Notes under the pieces: generated by a model
Database searches by the model: none
Told to the model about the DNA's origin: nothing
Seen by the model: the letters and a program-made list of their open reading frames with translations, nothing else
Assembly: GCA_963825045.1 (NCBI GenBank)
Contig: CAWGSM010000037.1
Span: 46,083 to 110,082, forward strand
Direction: 5' to 3'
DNA length: 64,000 nt
Source: an uncultured Flavobacteriaceae bacterium
GTDB taxonomy: Bacteria; Bacteroidota; Bacteroidia; Flavobacteriales; Flavobacteriaceae
Made by a program: the position numbers and the translations under genes
Part shown: piece after piece, positions 39,684-50,679 of the stretch
Layout of the letters: the number at the start of each line of letters is the position of its first letter
How positions within the stretch are numbered: position 1 is the stretch's first letter

Positions 39684-39752
39684 ATCCCGATTTCGCCTTG
39701 CTCGTCGGGATAAGCGACTCGCACAAATCTCGCTGCGCAAGCTGGCGAGATT
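39684..39752. repeat. REP-like double hairpin downstream of icmF
   Basis: ATCCCGA/TCGGGAT (39684-39711) and AATCTCGC/GCGAGATT (39726-39752), GC-rich in an AT-rich context. Confidence 0.55.
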
Positions 39753-39763
39753 CGGCGATCTGC

Positions 39764-42700
39764 TTACATATTTCTTCTGTACTGTCCTCCTACTTCGAAC
39801 AAAGCGTGGGTAATTTGTCCGAGGGAACAAACCTTAGTGGCTTCCATTAATTCTTCGAAAAGATTCTCATTCTGAATGGCTGCCTTCTGGATCCTGGCCA
39901 AAGTTTCATCGGCTTTAGATTCCTTCGCTTTATGCAGCGTTTCCAAAGTTTTTATCTGATGTTCTTTCTCTTCTTCGGTTGCCCTGATCACTTCACCCGG
40001 AGTAACTGTTGGAGAACCGGTTGAACTTAAAAAAGTATTAACCCCAATAATAGGGTAATCGCCATTATGTTTTAAAGTCTCATAATAAAGACTTTCTTCC
40101 TGTATCTTCCCACGCTGATACATGGTTTCCATAGCGCCAAGCACACCTCCTCTTTCGGTAATTCTATCGAATTCTGTGAGTACCGCTTCTTCTACAAGAT
40201 CAGTCAATTCTTCAATAATGAAAGATCCCTGAATAGGATTTTCATTCTTCGTTAAACCTAGTTCCTTATTGATGATCAACTGAATCGCCATCGCTCTTCT
40301 TACAGAAGCCTCTGTAGGCGTTGTGATCGCTTCATCATACGCATTTGTATGTAATGAGTTACAGTTATCATAGATCGCGTAAAGCGCCTGAAGCGTCGTC
40401 CTAATGTCGTTAAAGTCTATCTCCTGCGCATGTAACGATCGGCCTGAAGTCTGAATATGATATTTCAGCATTTGAGCACGGGAATTAGCGCCATACTTAT
40501 GCTTTAATGCTTTAGACCAGATCCTTCGTGCAACACGGCCAATCACTGCATATTCGGGATCTACCCCGTTGGAAAAGAAGAAGGATAAATTAGGTCCGAA
40601 TTTATTGATATCCATCCCCCTGCTCAGGTAATATTCCACGTAAGTGAATCCGTTCGCCAGGGTGAAAGCCAGCTGAGTTATTGGGTTTGCTCCTGCTTCC
40701 GCAATGTGATAGCCAGAAATAGAAACCGAATAAAAATTCCTTACTTTTTCTTCAATAAAATATTGCTGAACGTCTCCCATCAGTCTTAGAGCAAATTCAG
40801 TAGAGAAGATACAGGTGTTCTGCGCCTGATCTTCTTTCAGAATATCTGCCTGAACCGTACCGCGAACTACACTGATCGTTTCAGCTTTTATTTTATCGTA
40901 AACATCTTTCGGCAGGATCTGGTCTCCAGTCAGGCCTAAAAGCATCAGTCCAAGACCATTATTCCCTTCCGGAAGTTCTCCCTGATATTTAGGTCTTTCT
41001 ATATCATTATCATCATAAAGTTCTTTCAGCTTTGCTTCAACCTTATCTTCGAGTCCGTTTTCCTTGATGTATTTTTCACAATTCTGATCGATGGCAGCGT
41101 TCATAAAAAATCCGAGTAACATCGGCGCCGGACCATTAATGGTCATACTCACCGAAGTCATCGCATCTGCAAGATCGAATCCTGAATACAATTTCTTGGC
41201 ATCGTCCAAACAGCAAATGGAAACTCCTGAATTACCAATTTTTCCGTAGATATCAGGACGGTGGTCCGGGTCATTACCGTAAAGAGTCACCGAATCAAAA
41301 GCCGTAGATAAGCGTTTTGCAGGAAGCCCCTGGCTTACATAATGAAAACGCCTGTTCGTTCTTTCGGGCCCACCTTCACCGGCAAACATCCTCGTTGGAT
41401 CTTCACCAGTTCTTTTGAAGGGATATAATCCAGCCGTATAAGGGAATTCTCCAGGCACGTTTTCCTGAAGGCACCATAAAAGAATATCTCCCCAGGCCTT
41501 ATATTTTGGCAATGCCACTTTTGGGATCTGGGTATGAGCAAGGGACTCGCTATGAGTATTTATTTTGATCTCTTTATCACGAACCTTAAAACTATAGACT
41601 GGTTCTCTATATTTCGTCACTTTATCGTTCCAGGAAAGGATCATTTCCCAGTTATAAGGATCAAGATCCATCTTTACTTTATCGAATTCAGCAAAAAGCA
41701 ATTTCAGAAAATCGTTCTGGGAATCTTCTGCTACTTCATAAATTTCATCCTGATCAATTCCGTTTTTGTCTAAATATTTATGCTGATCTTCTCCGAATTC
41801 AGTTTTGATTCCCGCAACCGTTTCTATGGTCTTATATATCCCATAAAGCTTTTGCGCCACATCCACCTGAGAATTGGCCTTTTCATCATAACCACGATTA
41901 TTTTCAGCAATTTCAGAAAGATAACGAGTACGTTTTGGCGGGATCACAAAGATCTTTTCGCTCATCTCACTGGAAATTTCGAAGGTAGACGAAAGTCCGG
42001 ATTTGGTCTTTTCCTCAACCTCATCCATAATACTTTTATAAAGTGTATTCATTCCCGGATCGTTGAACTGAGAGGCAATAGTCCCGAATACAGGAAGAGT
42101 TTCAGCATCTGAATGCCACAACTGGTGATTGCGCTGATATTGTTTCTTTACATCCCGTAAGGCATCCTGGGCTCCTCTTTTATCGAATTTGTTGATTGCT
42201 ACTAAATCGGCAAAATCAAGCATATCGATCTTTTCCAGCTGAGTAGCTGCGCCAAACTCGGGTGTCATTACATAGAGTGAAACATCTGAATGCTCCAGGA
42301 TCTCTGTATCACTCTGGCCAATTCCTGAAGTTTCAAGAATGATAAGGTCATAGCTGGCCGCTTTTAAAACATCCACGGCTTCTGACACATATTTTGACAA
42401 GGCCAGGTTGGACTGTCTTGTAGCCAGTGAACGCATATAAACCCTCTCATGGTTGATAGAATTCATCCTGATCCTGTCTCCAAGTAAAGCTCCACCGGTC
42501 TTTCTTTTTGAAGGATCCACCGAAACGATCCCTATATGTTTCTCGGGAAAATCTGTTAAAAATCTCCGTACCAGTTCATCTACCAAACTGGATTTACCCG
42601 AACCTCCTGTACCGGTAATTCCCAGCACCGGAGTTTTTTCAGTTTTATAATTCTCCTTATTGAAATATTTCTTGAATTCCTCATGACGATTTTCAGCCAG

Positions 42701-43219
42701 GGAAATCAGTCTGGAAATTGTATTTACGTTTTTATTCTTTAAATTTTTAGCAACCTTATCTGAATCCTTAAGGCATGGAACATCATTATCTACCTGTTTG
42801 ATCATATCATTGATCATTCCCTGCAATCCCATCTCCCGTCCATCATCGGGTGAATAGATACGATCGATGCCGTAATCCATTAGTTCTTTGATCTCTTCAG
42901 GAAGGATCACTCCTCCACCACCACCAAAAATCTTGATATGGCCGGCTCCCTTTTCGTTCAACAGGTCATACATATATTTGAAATATTCAATATGACCTCC
43001 TTGATAAGAAGTCATCGCAATCGCATGAGCATCCTCCTGGATAGCGCAATTCACCACCTCTTCCACACTGCGATCGTGTCCAAGATGTATCACTTCAACT
43101 CCCGTTGATTGAATGATACGACGCATAATATTTATCGCTGCGTCATGGCCATCAAACAAAGAAGCTGCAGTTACAATTCTTATTTTATTTTTAGGTTTAT
43201 ACGGACTTTGTTGTTCCAT
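39764..43219 (-). CDS. icmF: Fused isobutyryl-CoA mutase (B12-binding + MeaI GTPase + mutase)
   Basis: FDGHD B12 motif, [38 protein letters not shown]. Confidence 0.9.
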   Translation of the reverse strand: MEQQSPYKPKNKIRIVTAASLFDGHDAAINIMRRIIQSTGVEVIHLGHDRSVEEVVNCAIQEDAHAIAMTSYQGGHIEYFKYMYDLLNEKGAGHIKIFGGGGGVILPEEIKELMDYGIDRIYSPDDGREMGLQGMINDMIKQVDNDVPCLKDSDKVAKNLKNKNVNTISRLISLAENRHEEFKKYFNKENYKTEKTPVLGITGTGGSGKSSLVDELVRRFLTDFPEKHIGIVSVDPSKRKTGGALLGDRIRMNSINHERVYMRSLATRQSNLALSKYVSEAVDVLKAASYDLIILETSGIGQSDTEILEHSDVSLYVMTPEFGAATQLEKIDMLDFADLVAINKFDKRGAQDALRDVKKQYQRNHQLWHSDAETLPVFGTIASQFNDPGMNTLYKSIMDEVEEKTKSGLSSTFEISSEMSEKIFVIPPKRTRYLSEIAENNRGYDEKANSQVDVAQKLYGIYKTIETVAGIKTEFGEDQHKYLDKNGIDQDEIYEVAEDSQNDFLKLLFAEFDKVKMDLDPYNWEMILSWNDKVTKYREPVYSFKVRDKEIKINTHSESLAHTQIPKVALPKYKAWGDILLWCLQENVPGEFPYTAGLYPFKRTGEDPTRMFAGEGGPERTNRRFHYVSQGLPAKRLSTAFDSVTLYGNDPDHRPDIYGKIGNSGVSICCLDDAKKLYSGFDLADAMTSVSMTINGPAPMLLGFFMNAAIDQNCEKYIKENGLEDKVEAKLKELYDDNDIERPKYQGELPEGNNGLGLMLLGLTGDQILPKDVYDKIKAETISVVRGTVQADILKEDQAQNTCIFSTEFALRLMGDVQQYFIEEKVRNFYSVSISGYHIAEAGANPITQLAFTLANGFTYVEYYLSRGMDINKFGPNLSFFFSNGVDPEYAVIGRVARRIWSKALKHKYGANSRAQMLKYHIQTSGRSLHAQEIDFNDIRTTLQALYAIYDNCNSLHTNAYDEAITTPTEASVRRAMAIQLIINKELGLTKNENPIQGSFIIEELTDLVEEAVLTEFDRITERGGVLGAMETMYQRGKIQEESLYYETLKHNGDYPIIGVNTFLSSTGSPTVTPGEVIRATEEEKEHQIKTLETLHKAKESKADETLARIQKAAIQNENLFEELMEATKVCSLGQITHALFEVGGQYRRNM

Positions 43220-43300
43220 TTTTAAAGATATCTGAATTTTGGTGTTGCAATTTACTAAAATCACAAGGAAAAAGAGATTTTAAAATCTTATAGAAATTAC

Positions 43301-43425
43301 AAAAAGCCACCTTGGGGGAGATGGCTTTTTCTATTGGAAAGTTTGATTCTTTATTTTCAGAAATATTTAATTATACAGACCCTCAACAATCAATTTTTCC
43401 AACTACTAGGTAGGTCAAGATAATT
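43301..43425 (-). ncRNA. Candidate sRNA or leader upstream of icmF
   Basis: TAATTTTG box (43437-43430) and terminator AAAAGCCA...TGGCTTTT (43301-43330) with no ORF of 60 aa or more between. Confidence 0.35.
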
Positions 43426-43539
43426 TGCACAAAATTAATACTTCTTTCCCATAATCAAAATTGATTGTTTTAGTATTATTATAACTTTTAGTGATAAAAA
43501 ATTGGCTTATTAGGGGTTATATTTGGAAAAATAAGTTTT

Positions 43540-44244
43540 ATGAAAAAATTAATTACTCTTGCAGCTCTAATCATTTTTTCTTCCTGCTCTGAACTGCAGC
43601 AAATCGCATCTCAAATTCCTTCTGAATATGGCGTAACCGATGCCGAAATAAGTTCAGGACTTCGACAGGCTCTTGAATTTGGAGTTGAGAAAGAAGTTAC
43701 AAAGCTTGCGAAAGAAGATGGATTCTTTAAAAATGAACTGGTACGTATTATTTTACCTCCAGAACTTCAAAAAGTAGATAATACCTTACGGGATCTGGGA
43801 CTTGACGCTTTAGCCGATGAAGGTTTAAAAGTATTGAATCGTGCTGCCGAAGATGCTGTAAGTGAAGCTGTTCCAGTGTTTGCCAATGCCGTAAAAGGAA
43901 TTACCTTTGCCGACGCTCGTAATATTCTTTTGGGTGCCGATAATGCCGCTACAGTATATCTTACAAACAAAACTGAGCAAGAATTGTATAGTCGTTTCAA
44001 CCCTATTATCACCAACTCCCTTAATAAAGTAGGTGCCACCCAAATATGGAAAAATATTATTGATAAATATAATTCATTACCCGTCACCTCGAATGTAAAT
44101 CCAGATTTACCCGATTATGTAACTAATGAAGCCTTGGATGGCGTCTTTGTCATGATCGCTCAGGAGGAAAAAGATATCAGGAACCGCGTTGCAGCAAGAA
44201 CTACAGATCTTCTACAAAGAGTATTCGCTGTTCAAGATCGATAG
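43540..44244 (+). CDS. DUF4197 lipoprotein
   Basis: Lipobox FSSC; GLRQAL, LNRAAEDA, EEKDIR. Confidence 0.9.
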   Translation: MKKLITLAALIIFSSCSELQQIASQIPSEYGVTDAEISSGLRQALEFGVEKEVTKLAKEDGFFKNELVRIILPPELQKVDNTLRDLGLDALADEGLKVLNRAAEDAVSEAVPVFANAVKGITFADARNILLGADNAATVYLTNKTEQELYSRFNPIITNSLNKVGATQIWKNIIDKYNSLPVTSNVNPDLPDYVTNEALDGVFVMIAQEEKDIRNRVAARTTDLLQRVFAVQDR

Positions 44245-44401
44245 GATTTTTCTTACATATTCTAATTTTTTAACAATTCTTCTTACAATTCACCTCTATT
44301 TTAAAATAAGCTTAACTACCAATTATTAAAATGTAAGTACTCCACTTCTTAGATTTGTATGCGTGTAGAAAGATTTATGCAAAAGAAAATACCCTACTAT
44401 C

Positions 44402-44584
44402 ATGTTCAGAATTTTTGAAAACAAAACAAAAGAGGAAAGGCTGTGTGCCAAATATTGCAGTTTAATGCAACGGGCGTATAAAGCAGCCTTAATTGATAAA
44501 GAACAAAGCGATCGACTCAATTCGAGGGCGAAGAAAATTCTTCAGGAGTTAAAAAGAATGAATTGTTCCCTGGTAGAAGCCTAG
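44402..44584 (+). CDS. Small hypothetical protein (Lacal_2735-like)
   Basis: KTKEERL..KY..LM..AY....DKEQSD pattern. Confidence 0.6.
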   Translation: MFRIFENKTKEERLCAKYCSLMQRAYKAALIDKEQSDRLNSRAKKILQELKRMNCSLVEA

Positions 44585-45351
44585 TGAAATTCTTTAAAGT
44601 AATCCATAGCCTCCATTAATCGGCTGCCATACCAGCTGAAATACTCTCCGTTTACAATTTTCACACTTTTAGAACACTCAATAAACCGTTGTTTATGCTC
44701 GTCCTTAAAAGGAAAAGGCTCTGAAGACAACATACATAAATCAATTTGCTTATCCTTTAATTCGCTAAATGATGTAGTGGGATATCTTTCTTGAGAAAAG
44801 ACATTCTCAAAATTATTCAATTCGAGCATTGCATTAATAAAAGTGCCATTTCCAACTACCATTAAAGGTTCATTCCAGATAAAATAAGCTACTTTCCGCC
44901 TGCGGGAAGTCTTAGCTAATTTTTGTAATATATCGGCTTTTTTCTGAATCGAATTTATCATTGTGGTTGCGAGCTCGTCACAATTCAAGATCTTTCCGTA
45001 GTCGGCCATAAGTTTATAAGCGTCTTCAAGATCGGAAATATCAGAAATATGAACTGGCGCTATCTTTTCCAGCGCTTCGACCATTTCTTTTGTATTTTCT
45101 TCTTTATTACAAAGGATGATATCCGGTTCCAGTTCTTTAATCTTGCGCAGATTGACTTTTTTCGTACCTCCTACCCTGGTCTTAATCTGTTTCAGAAAAG
45201 CAGGATGAATACAAAAATGAGTAATTCCCATAATATATTTTTCCAGCCCAAGATCCACTAATAATTCAGTCTGGCTGGGAACAAGGGATACTATACGTCG
45301 GGGAATATCATTCAGCTGCAAATTTCGGTCTAAATGATCCCTGATTTCCAT
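44581..45351 (-). CDS. Helical-backbone metal/cobalamin-binding protein (BtuF-like)
   Basis: RIVSLVPSQTE, GGTK, NKEEN, SSEPFPF, WYGSR. Confidence 0.85.
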   Translation of the reverse strand: MEIRDHLDRNLQLNDIPRRIVSLVPSQTELLVDLGLEKYIMGITHFCIHPAFLKQIKTRVGGTKKVNLRKIKELEPDIILCNKEENTKEMVEALEKIAPVHISDISDLEDAYKLMADYGKILNCDELATTMINSIQKKADILQKLAKTSRRRKVAYFIWNEPLMVVGNGTFINAMLELNNFENVFSQERYPTTSFSELKDKQIDLCMLSSEPFPFKDEHKQRFIECSKSVKIVNGEYFSWYGSRLMEAMDYFKEFH

Positions 45352-45357
45352 ATCTAA

Positions 45358-46176
45358 TTAAAGCTTATCCAGTTCGGCTGCCATCTGGTTTTGAAGAGCT
45401 TCGGCTTTCGCTCCTGCTATTTCTGCGAAATTGTCAGCATCTGAAGCATAAATGATCTTTCTGGAAGAATTTACAAGTAAGCCTACATTCTTAGTGATTC
45501 CATATTTGCAAACTTCTTCAAGGCTGCCACCCTGAGCCCCGACACCGGGAACCAGTAAAAAACTTTCAGGAATAATCTTTCTAATATCGGCTAGATATTC
45601 GGCTTTAGTCGCTCCCACAACATACATCAGGTTCTCTGAATTATTCCACTCCCTTGATTTTCTAATTACCTTTTTATAGAGATCTTCACCCCCGGTTTGA
45701 AGCGTTTGAAAATCGAAAGCGCCTTCGTTGGAAGTCAATGCCAGTAATATGGTATGCTTATTAGTAAATTCGAGAAAAGGTTCCACAGAATCCTTTCCCA
45801 TATAGGGTGCTACGGTAATCGAATCAAATCCAAGATCTTCGAAAAAAGCTTTCGCATACATACGGGAGGTATTACCAATATCTCCGCGTTTGGCATCGGC
45901 AATCGTATAGATCTCGGGGTATTCAGAATGTAAATATTCAATGGTTTTTTTAAGAGCTATCCAACCATCTACTCCTATGGCCTCATAGAAAGCGATATTT
46001 GGTTTATAAGCCACACAATACTTATGTGTCGCATCTATAATAGCCTTATTAAAGCTGAAAACAGGGTCTTCTTCTGAAAGTAAATAGGTTGGCATCCTCT
46101 CAAGATCGGTATCCAGGCCTACACATAAAAAAGATTTTTTTTTGAAGATTTGCTGCGTCAGCTCTTGTGAAGTCAT
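45358..46176 (-). CDS. pyrF: Orotidine-5'-phosphate decarboxylase
   Basis: [35 protein letters not shown]. Confidence 0.96.
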   Translation of the reverse strand: MTSQELTQQIFKKKSFLCVGLDTDLERMPTYLLSEEDPVFSFNKAIIDATHKYCVAYKPNIAFYEAIGVDGWIALKKTIEYLHSEYPEIYTIADAKRGDIGNTSRMYAKAFFEDLGFDSITVAPYMGKDSVEPFLEFTNKHTILLALTSNEGAFDFQTLQTGGEDLYKKVIRKSREWNNSENLMYVVGATKAEYLADIRKIIPESFLLVPGVGAQGGSLEEVCKYGITKNVGLLVNSSRKIIYASDADNFAEIAGAKAEALQNQMAAELDKL

Positions 46177-46337
46177 TTATCAGTTATCAGTTATCAGTTA
46201 TCAGTTATCAGTTATCAGTTATCAGTTATCAGTTATCAGTTATCAGTTATCAGTTATCAGTTATCAGTTATCAGTTATCAGTTATCAGTTATCAGTTATC
46301 AGTTATCAGTTATCAGTTATCAGTTATCAGTTATCAG
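46177..46337. repeat. Perfect heptamer tandem repeat (TTATCAG)x23; reads (CTGATAA)x23 on the mRNA strand
   Basis: Read directly; abuts the pyrF ATG with no spacer. Confidence 0.98.
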
Positions 46338-46401
46338 AAGTTAAAAATTTAAATCGTACTTTAAAAGATTTAATTAAAATTTTCAATTTTCAACTTTGAA
46401 C

Positions 46402-47478
46402 TTATAGTATATCTGAATTCTCTTTCAGTTTTTCGGTGTTTTCGGCCAGTCTCAATTCATCAATGATCTTTTGAATATCACCATTGATAATATTGGACAG
46501 GTCATATAATGTAAGATTGATACGGTGATCTGTCACCCGGCTTTGGGCATAATTATACGTACGGATTTTCGCGCTTCGGTCCCCACTGGAAACCATGGAA
46601 TTCCTTTTGGCTGCATCGGCTTCCATCTTTTTGGCAAGTTCCTGTTCGTATAATCTTGAACGAAGTACACGAAAAGCTTTTTCCTTATTCTTATGTTGTG
46701 ATTTTTGATCCTGACACTGGGCCACAAGACCTGTAGGCTCGTGAGTAAGACGCACTGCAGAATATGTGGTATTTACCGACTGACCTCCGGGACCAGACGA
46801 ACAGAAGTAATCTATTCTCACATCTTTTGGATCGATCTCTACATCGAATTCCTCTGCCTCAGGCAAAACCATCACCGTAGCTGCAGAAGTATGAACACGT
46901 CCCTGAGTTTCTGTTTGCGGAACACGCTGAACACGGTGTACACCGGCTTCAAACTTCATGGTCCCATAAACTTCTTCCCCCGAAATTTCAAAGATCATTT
47001 CCTTAAAACCTCCGCTGGTTCCTTCGCTAAAATCGACAATATTATGTTTCCAGCCTTTGCTCTCTACATATTTGGTATACATACGGTATAAATCTCCTGC
47101 AAAAATACTGGCCTCATCCCCACCGGTTCCGGCACGAATCTCCATGACCACATTCTTGGCATCCTCAGGATCCTTAGGAATAAGCATCATCCTGATCTTT
47201 TCTTCAAGTTCAGGCAATTGTTCTTTAGCCTCTTCCAATTGAAGTTTAGCCATTTCGCTCATTTCAGGATCGCTCCCGTCTGCAATTATTTCTTCGGCTT
47301 CCTTTAAATTATCGGTAAGTTCCATATACTTTTCCCTCTCCTCCATCAAGGCCTTGAGGTCTTTGTATTCCTTATTTAATTCAATATATCGCTTTTGATC
47401 TGATATTACATCCGGCTGAATAATCAAATCGTTCACCTCATCAAATCTTTGTTTTACGATATTAAGTTTCTCAATCAT
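46402..47478 (-). CDS. prfA: Peptide chain release factor 1
   Basis: [15 protein letters not shown] (PxT), [12 protein letters not shown]; TAAATTTG promoter box at 47510-47503. Confidence 0.97.
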   Translation of the reverse strand: MIEKLNIVKQRFDEVNDLIIQPDVISDQKRYIELNKEYKDLKALMEEREKYMELTDNLKEAEEIIADGSDPEMSEMAKLQLEEAKEQLPELEEKIRMMLIPKDPEDAKNVVMEIRAGTGGDEASIFAGDLYRMYTKYVESKGWKHNIVDFSEGTSGGFKEMIFEISGEEVYGTMKFEAGVHRVQRVPQTETQGRVHTSAATVMVLPEAEEFDVEIDPKDVRIDYFCSSGPGGQSVNTTYSAVRLTHEPTGLVAQCQDQKSQHKNKEKAFRVLRSRLYEQELAKKMEADAAKRNSMVSSGDRSAKIRTYNYAQSRVTDHRINLTLYDLSNIINGDIQKIIDELRLAENTEKLKENSDIL

Positions 47479-47541
47479 ATAATCTTACTGATTTTAGGAT
47501 AGCAAATTTACGATAATTTAGGTGAATTGTAAGAGAAAGCT

Positions 47542-48261
47542 TTAAAGGCTTTCTAACTCGGGAACAGCTTCATGACTTCTACTGAAACCTGCAAATTTCA
47601 CTAGCCCGGCTATCCCCAAAAGATAAAAGAATCTGTCGGGAAAATAGAATTCATTGAATTCAAGGTAATAGGCAATAAAAGAGGTAATATCAGAAAATAC
47701 CAGACATAAGGTTGCGGCAGTAAAGAAAAAAGAAGTTTTATTAGCATAACGGTTACTGTATGAAATTGAGGCTATAACCATTGCGATCATCACTATCCCA
47801 TATATAAAGAAAAGGGAGTCCAGGTAAGGATACGCAAATTTTTCGGGCACCATATCAAGAAGTATAAACAACATGGCTAGATTCAGGCCAAATACAAGGA
47901 CGAAGATAATCTTCTGAAACAGGTTGGTTTTTAATTTTTTGAGTTCGGGTATAACGGCAAGCACCAATAGTGTATATGCTGAAATTCGGGCCAGAAAAGT
48001 AAATGTATTTACCCAGGCATATTCATAATAAAACAATAGTACATCGGCAATGATGAATAAAATAAAAACACTCATCATCTTACGGCTATAAGAATCTCGC
48101 CATAGCAAAAGACCAAAAAATATACTGGTACTAATTAACCTTGCCCAGCGGCTTGCATCCTGATCATATTCAAAAATGACATAGCAATTTGTAAAAAGCA
48201 ACAGTACCGTTGCGATCAATAAGAAAGACTTAAAAGGCATTAATTTTTTTGATTGGTTCAA
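47542..48261 (-). CDS. Multi-pass membrane hypothetical protein
   Basis: About 8 hydrophobic segments; LCLVFSD resembles a YhhN-like motif. Confidence 0.65.
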   Translation of the reverse strand: MNQSKKLMPFKSFLLIATVLLLFTNCYVIFEYDQDASRWARLISTSIFFGLLLWRDSYSRKMMSVFILFIIADVLLFYYEYAWVNTFTFLARISAYTLLVLAVIPELKKLKTNLFQKIIFVLVFGLNLAMLFILLDMVPEKFAYPYLDSLFFIYGIVMIAMVIASISYSNRYANKTSFFFTAATLCLVFSDITSFIAYYLEFNEFYFPDRFFYLLGIAGLVKFAGFSRSHEAVPELESL

Positions 48262-48422
48262 AAAACTTACGTAAAAGTAGATAAAGTGGTTTTAAGTAAG
48301 CTTACTTTATTTTACAAATACCACTAATAATCAGAATATTAACATTTATTTTTTTGCAAAAAAAAGAAAGTTTCGGGAGGTTTTATTAATTAATCATATA
48401 TTTTAACTGCTCAATCTCATAA

Positions 48423-48731
48423 ATGTTTAGAATTAAGAATGTCTTTCTTAAAGCCAGGGTAGGATTTCATTTCTACAAAAAACTATGGATTAGTTCGGCC
48501 GGACTCAACCTCTTGCTTATCTTTCTTCAGAATCCCATCGAATCAACGCTCCTCATAAAGATATTTTTGATAGGACTTATTTTTGCAGAATATAAATACC
48601 TGGATACAAACAACAAACTTTTGTTTTATAAGAATTTCGGGATCACTCCCCTGAACCTTTTTATTTATACCGTATTTCTTGATCTGGTACTGAGCATTTT
48701 GATGTATAAAATTATTAACCTTATTCAATGA
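48423..48731 (+). CDS. Small membrane protein partner of the ABC ATPase
   Basis: LFYKNFGI motif; ATGA overlap with the downstream ATPase. Confidence 0.65.
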   Translation: MFRIKNVFLKARVGFHFYKKLWISSAGLNLLLIFLQNPIESTLLIKIFLIGLIFAEYKYLDTNNKLLFYKNFGITPLNLFIYTVFLDLVLSILMYKIINLIQ

Positions 48732-49381
48732 TCTTTGAACTTGACAACGTAGAATTAGGTTTTGATGGGAAAGTCCTTCTCTATGGGGTTTACCTAAAAG
48801 CAGAGAAAGGCAGAATCACAGGAATTATGGGTCCTAACGGAAGTGGTAAAACAAGTCTTCTCAAGGTGTTTTTTGGAAGTTTAGTATGCAATAACAAGTT
48901 GGTACGAATAGACGGAAAAGGAACTCTCAAACCATTGTATTCAAAGAAAAAAGTACAATTATTAGCCCAGACCGATTTTCTTCCCACCAGCATAAAATTG
49001 AAAACACTTTTTAAGTACTGCCGGGTATCCTGGGATGAATTTATTTTAAAGTTTGAATCTTTCAGGAACTATCAGGACGAAACAATAAAAAAATTATCGG
49101 GAGGAGAGAAAAGAATCCTTTCTACCTGGCTGATTTTAAAAAGTCCTTCAGATTTTGTCATGCTCGATGAACCGTTTACTCATCTTGCCCCTATTTATAA
49201 GGAGATCATTAAAAATGAAATCCTGGTCGAAAAGGACAACAAAGCGATACTTTTGACCGACCACCTGTATAAAGATCTTATTGAAATTTGCGATGAGCTT
49301 TATTTACTTAAAGATGGTTGCACAAAACCTATTAACGGTCTGGAAGAATTAAAAACAGCAGGATATATCAGTAATTTCTAA
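48728..49381 (+). CDS. ABC transporter ATP-binding protein
   Basis: GPNGSGKT, LSGGE, LDEPF, LTDH. Confidence 0.88.
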   Translation: MIFELDNVELGFDGKVLLYGVYLKAEKGRITGIMGPNGSGKTSLLKVFFGSLVCNNKLVRIDGKGTLKPLYSKKKVQLLAQTDFLPTSIKLKTLFKYCRVSWDEFILKFESFRNYQDETIKKLSGGEKRILSTWLILKSPSDFVMLDEPFTHLAPIYKEIIKNEILVEKDNKAILLTDHLYKDLIEICDELYLLKDGCTKPINGLEELKTAGYISNF

Positions 49382-50557
49382 TATTCAAAATTCCCGTGTT
49401 CACTTTTAATGCTTAGTTTTTTAGTATTTGACTCCTCAACCCTACCAATGATCTTCGCATCAATATCAAAAGATTTCGATATTTGGATGAGCTTTTCAGC
49501 AGTTTCCGGAGCAACATATAATTCCATCCGGTGTCCCATATTAAATACCTGGTACATCTCTTTCCAGTCGGTTTTACTTTCCTGCTGAATCAATTTAAAA
49601 AGAGGCGGGGTTTTAAAAAGATTGTCTTTAATAATATGAAGCTTATCGATAAAATGAAGGATCTTCGTCTGTGCTCCACCACTGCAATGAACCATTCCAT
49701 GTATGTTTTCACTTCCTATATCATAAAGGATTTTTTTAATCACTGGCGCATAGGTCCGGGTTGGAGAAAGTACAAGCTTTCCTGCATCAAGTGGACTATC
49801 TTCAACTTTATCGGTTAGTTTCTTAGTTCCGGAATACACTAATTCTTCGGGAATAGAGCTATCAAAACTTTCCGGGTATTTTTCCGCAAGTATTTTCGAA
49901 AATACATCGTGACGGGCAGAGGTTAATCCATTACTTCCCATTCCGCCATTATATTCTTTTTCATAAGTAGCCTGTCCAAAAGAAGCCAGACCAACAATCA
50001 CATTTCCGGGTTTGATATTGGCATTATTGATCACCTTATCTTTTCGGATCCTTGCGGTTACTGTGGAATCTACTATAATAGTTCTCACCAGATCACCCAC
50101 ATCGGCAGTTTCCCCTCCGGTAGAATGAATTTCGACCCCAAAATCCTTCAATTCGGCAATAAGTTCTTCAGTCCCATTAATGATAGCTGAAATCACTTCG
50201 CCCGGAATTAGATTTTTATTTCTTCCGATAGTTGAAGAAAGAAGAATATTATCTGTAGCTCCCACACAAAGCAAGATCATCGATATTCATAATAAGCGCA
50301 TCCTGAGCGATCCCTTTCCAAACCGAAAGATCTCCGGTCTCTTTCCAGTACATATAGGCAAGGGAAGATTTGGTGCCGGCGCCATCGGCATGCATGATCA
50401 AACAATGCTCATCACTGCCGGTCAAATGATCAGGTACAATCTTGCAAAATGCTTTCGGGAAAAGGCCTTTATCCACATTTTTGATCGCGTTATGGACATC
50501 TTCTTTTCCTGCGGAAACACCCCGTCCTGAATATCGCTTGCTTACTTCTTTACTCAT
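49378..50557 (-). CDS. purM: AIR synthase (PurM), with an apparent +1 frameshift near 50272-50277
   Basis: RGVSAGKEDV, HADGAGTK, MNIDD|LLCVGA, GGETAD, HCSGG, VFNMG. Confidence 0.9.
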
Positions 50558-50627
50558 GAGATTTTACTTAGAGGTATCAAAGATAATTAGTTTAAACAGT
50601 TCTGGTAAATTCTGCGAAATTTTAAAT

Positions 50628-50655
50628 AAAAAAGCCACGCTTTTCAGCGTGGCTT
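50628..50655 (-). terminator. Terminator of glnA
   Basis: AAGCCACGCT-tttc-AGCGTGGCTT with an A-tract on +. Confidence 0.8.
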
Positions 50656-50679
50656 CAAAATATTCCTTTTTACATAAAA

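Noticed and set aside
43511-43517. TAGGGGT half-site upstream of the DUF4197 gene
   Set aside because: The left arm ACCCCTA is absent, so it is not counted as a nitrogen-box copy
43220-43540. Cobalamin riboswitch upstream of icmF
   Set aside because: Conserved B12-box elements were not recognisable; kept only as an unclassified RNA candidate
46142-46399. Plus-strand ORFs encoding (VISYQLS)n
   Set aside because: They arise because TTATCAG has no stop on that strand; they are antisense to prfA-pyrF with no supporting signals
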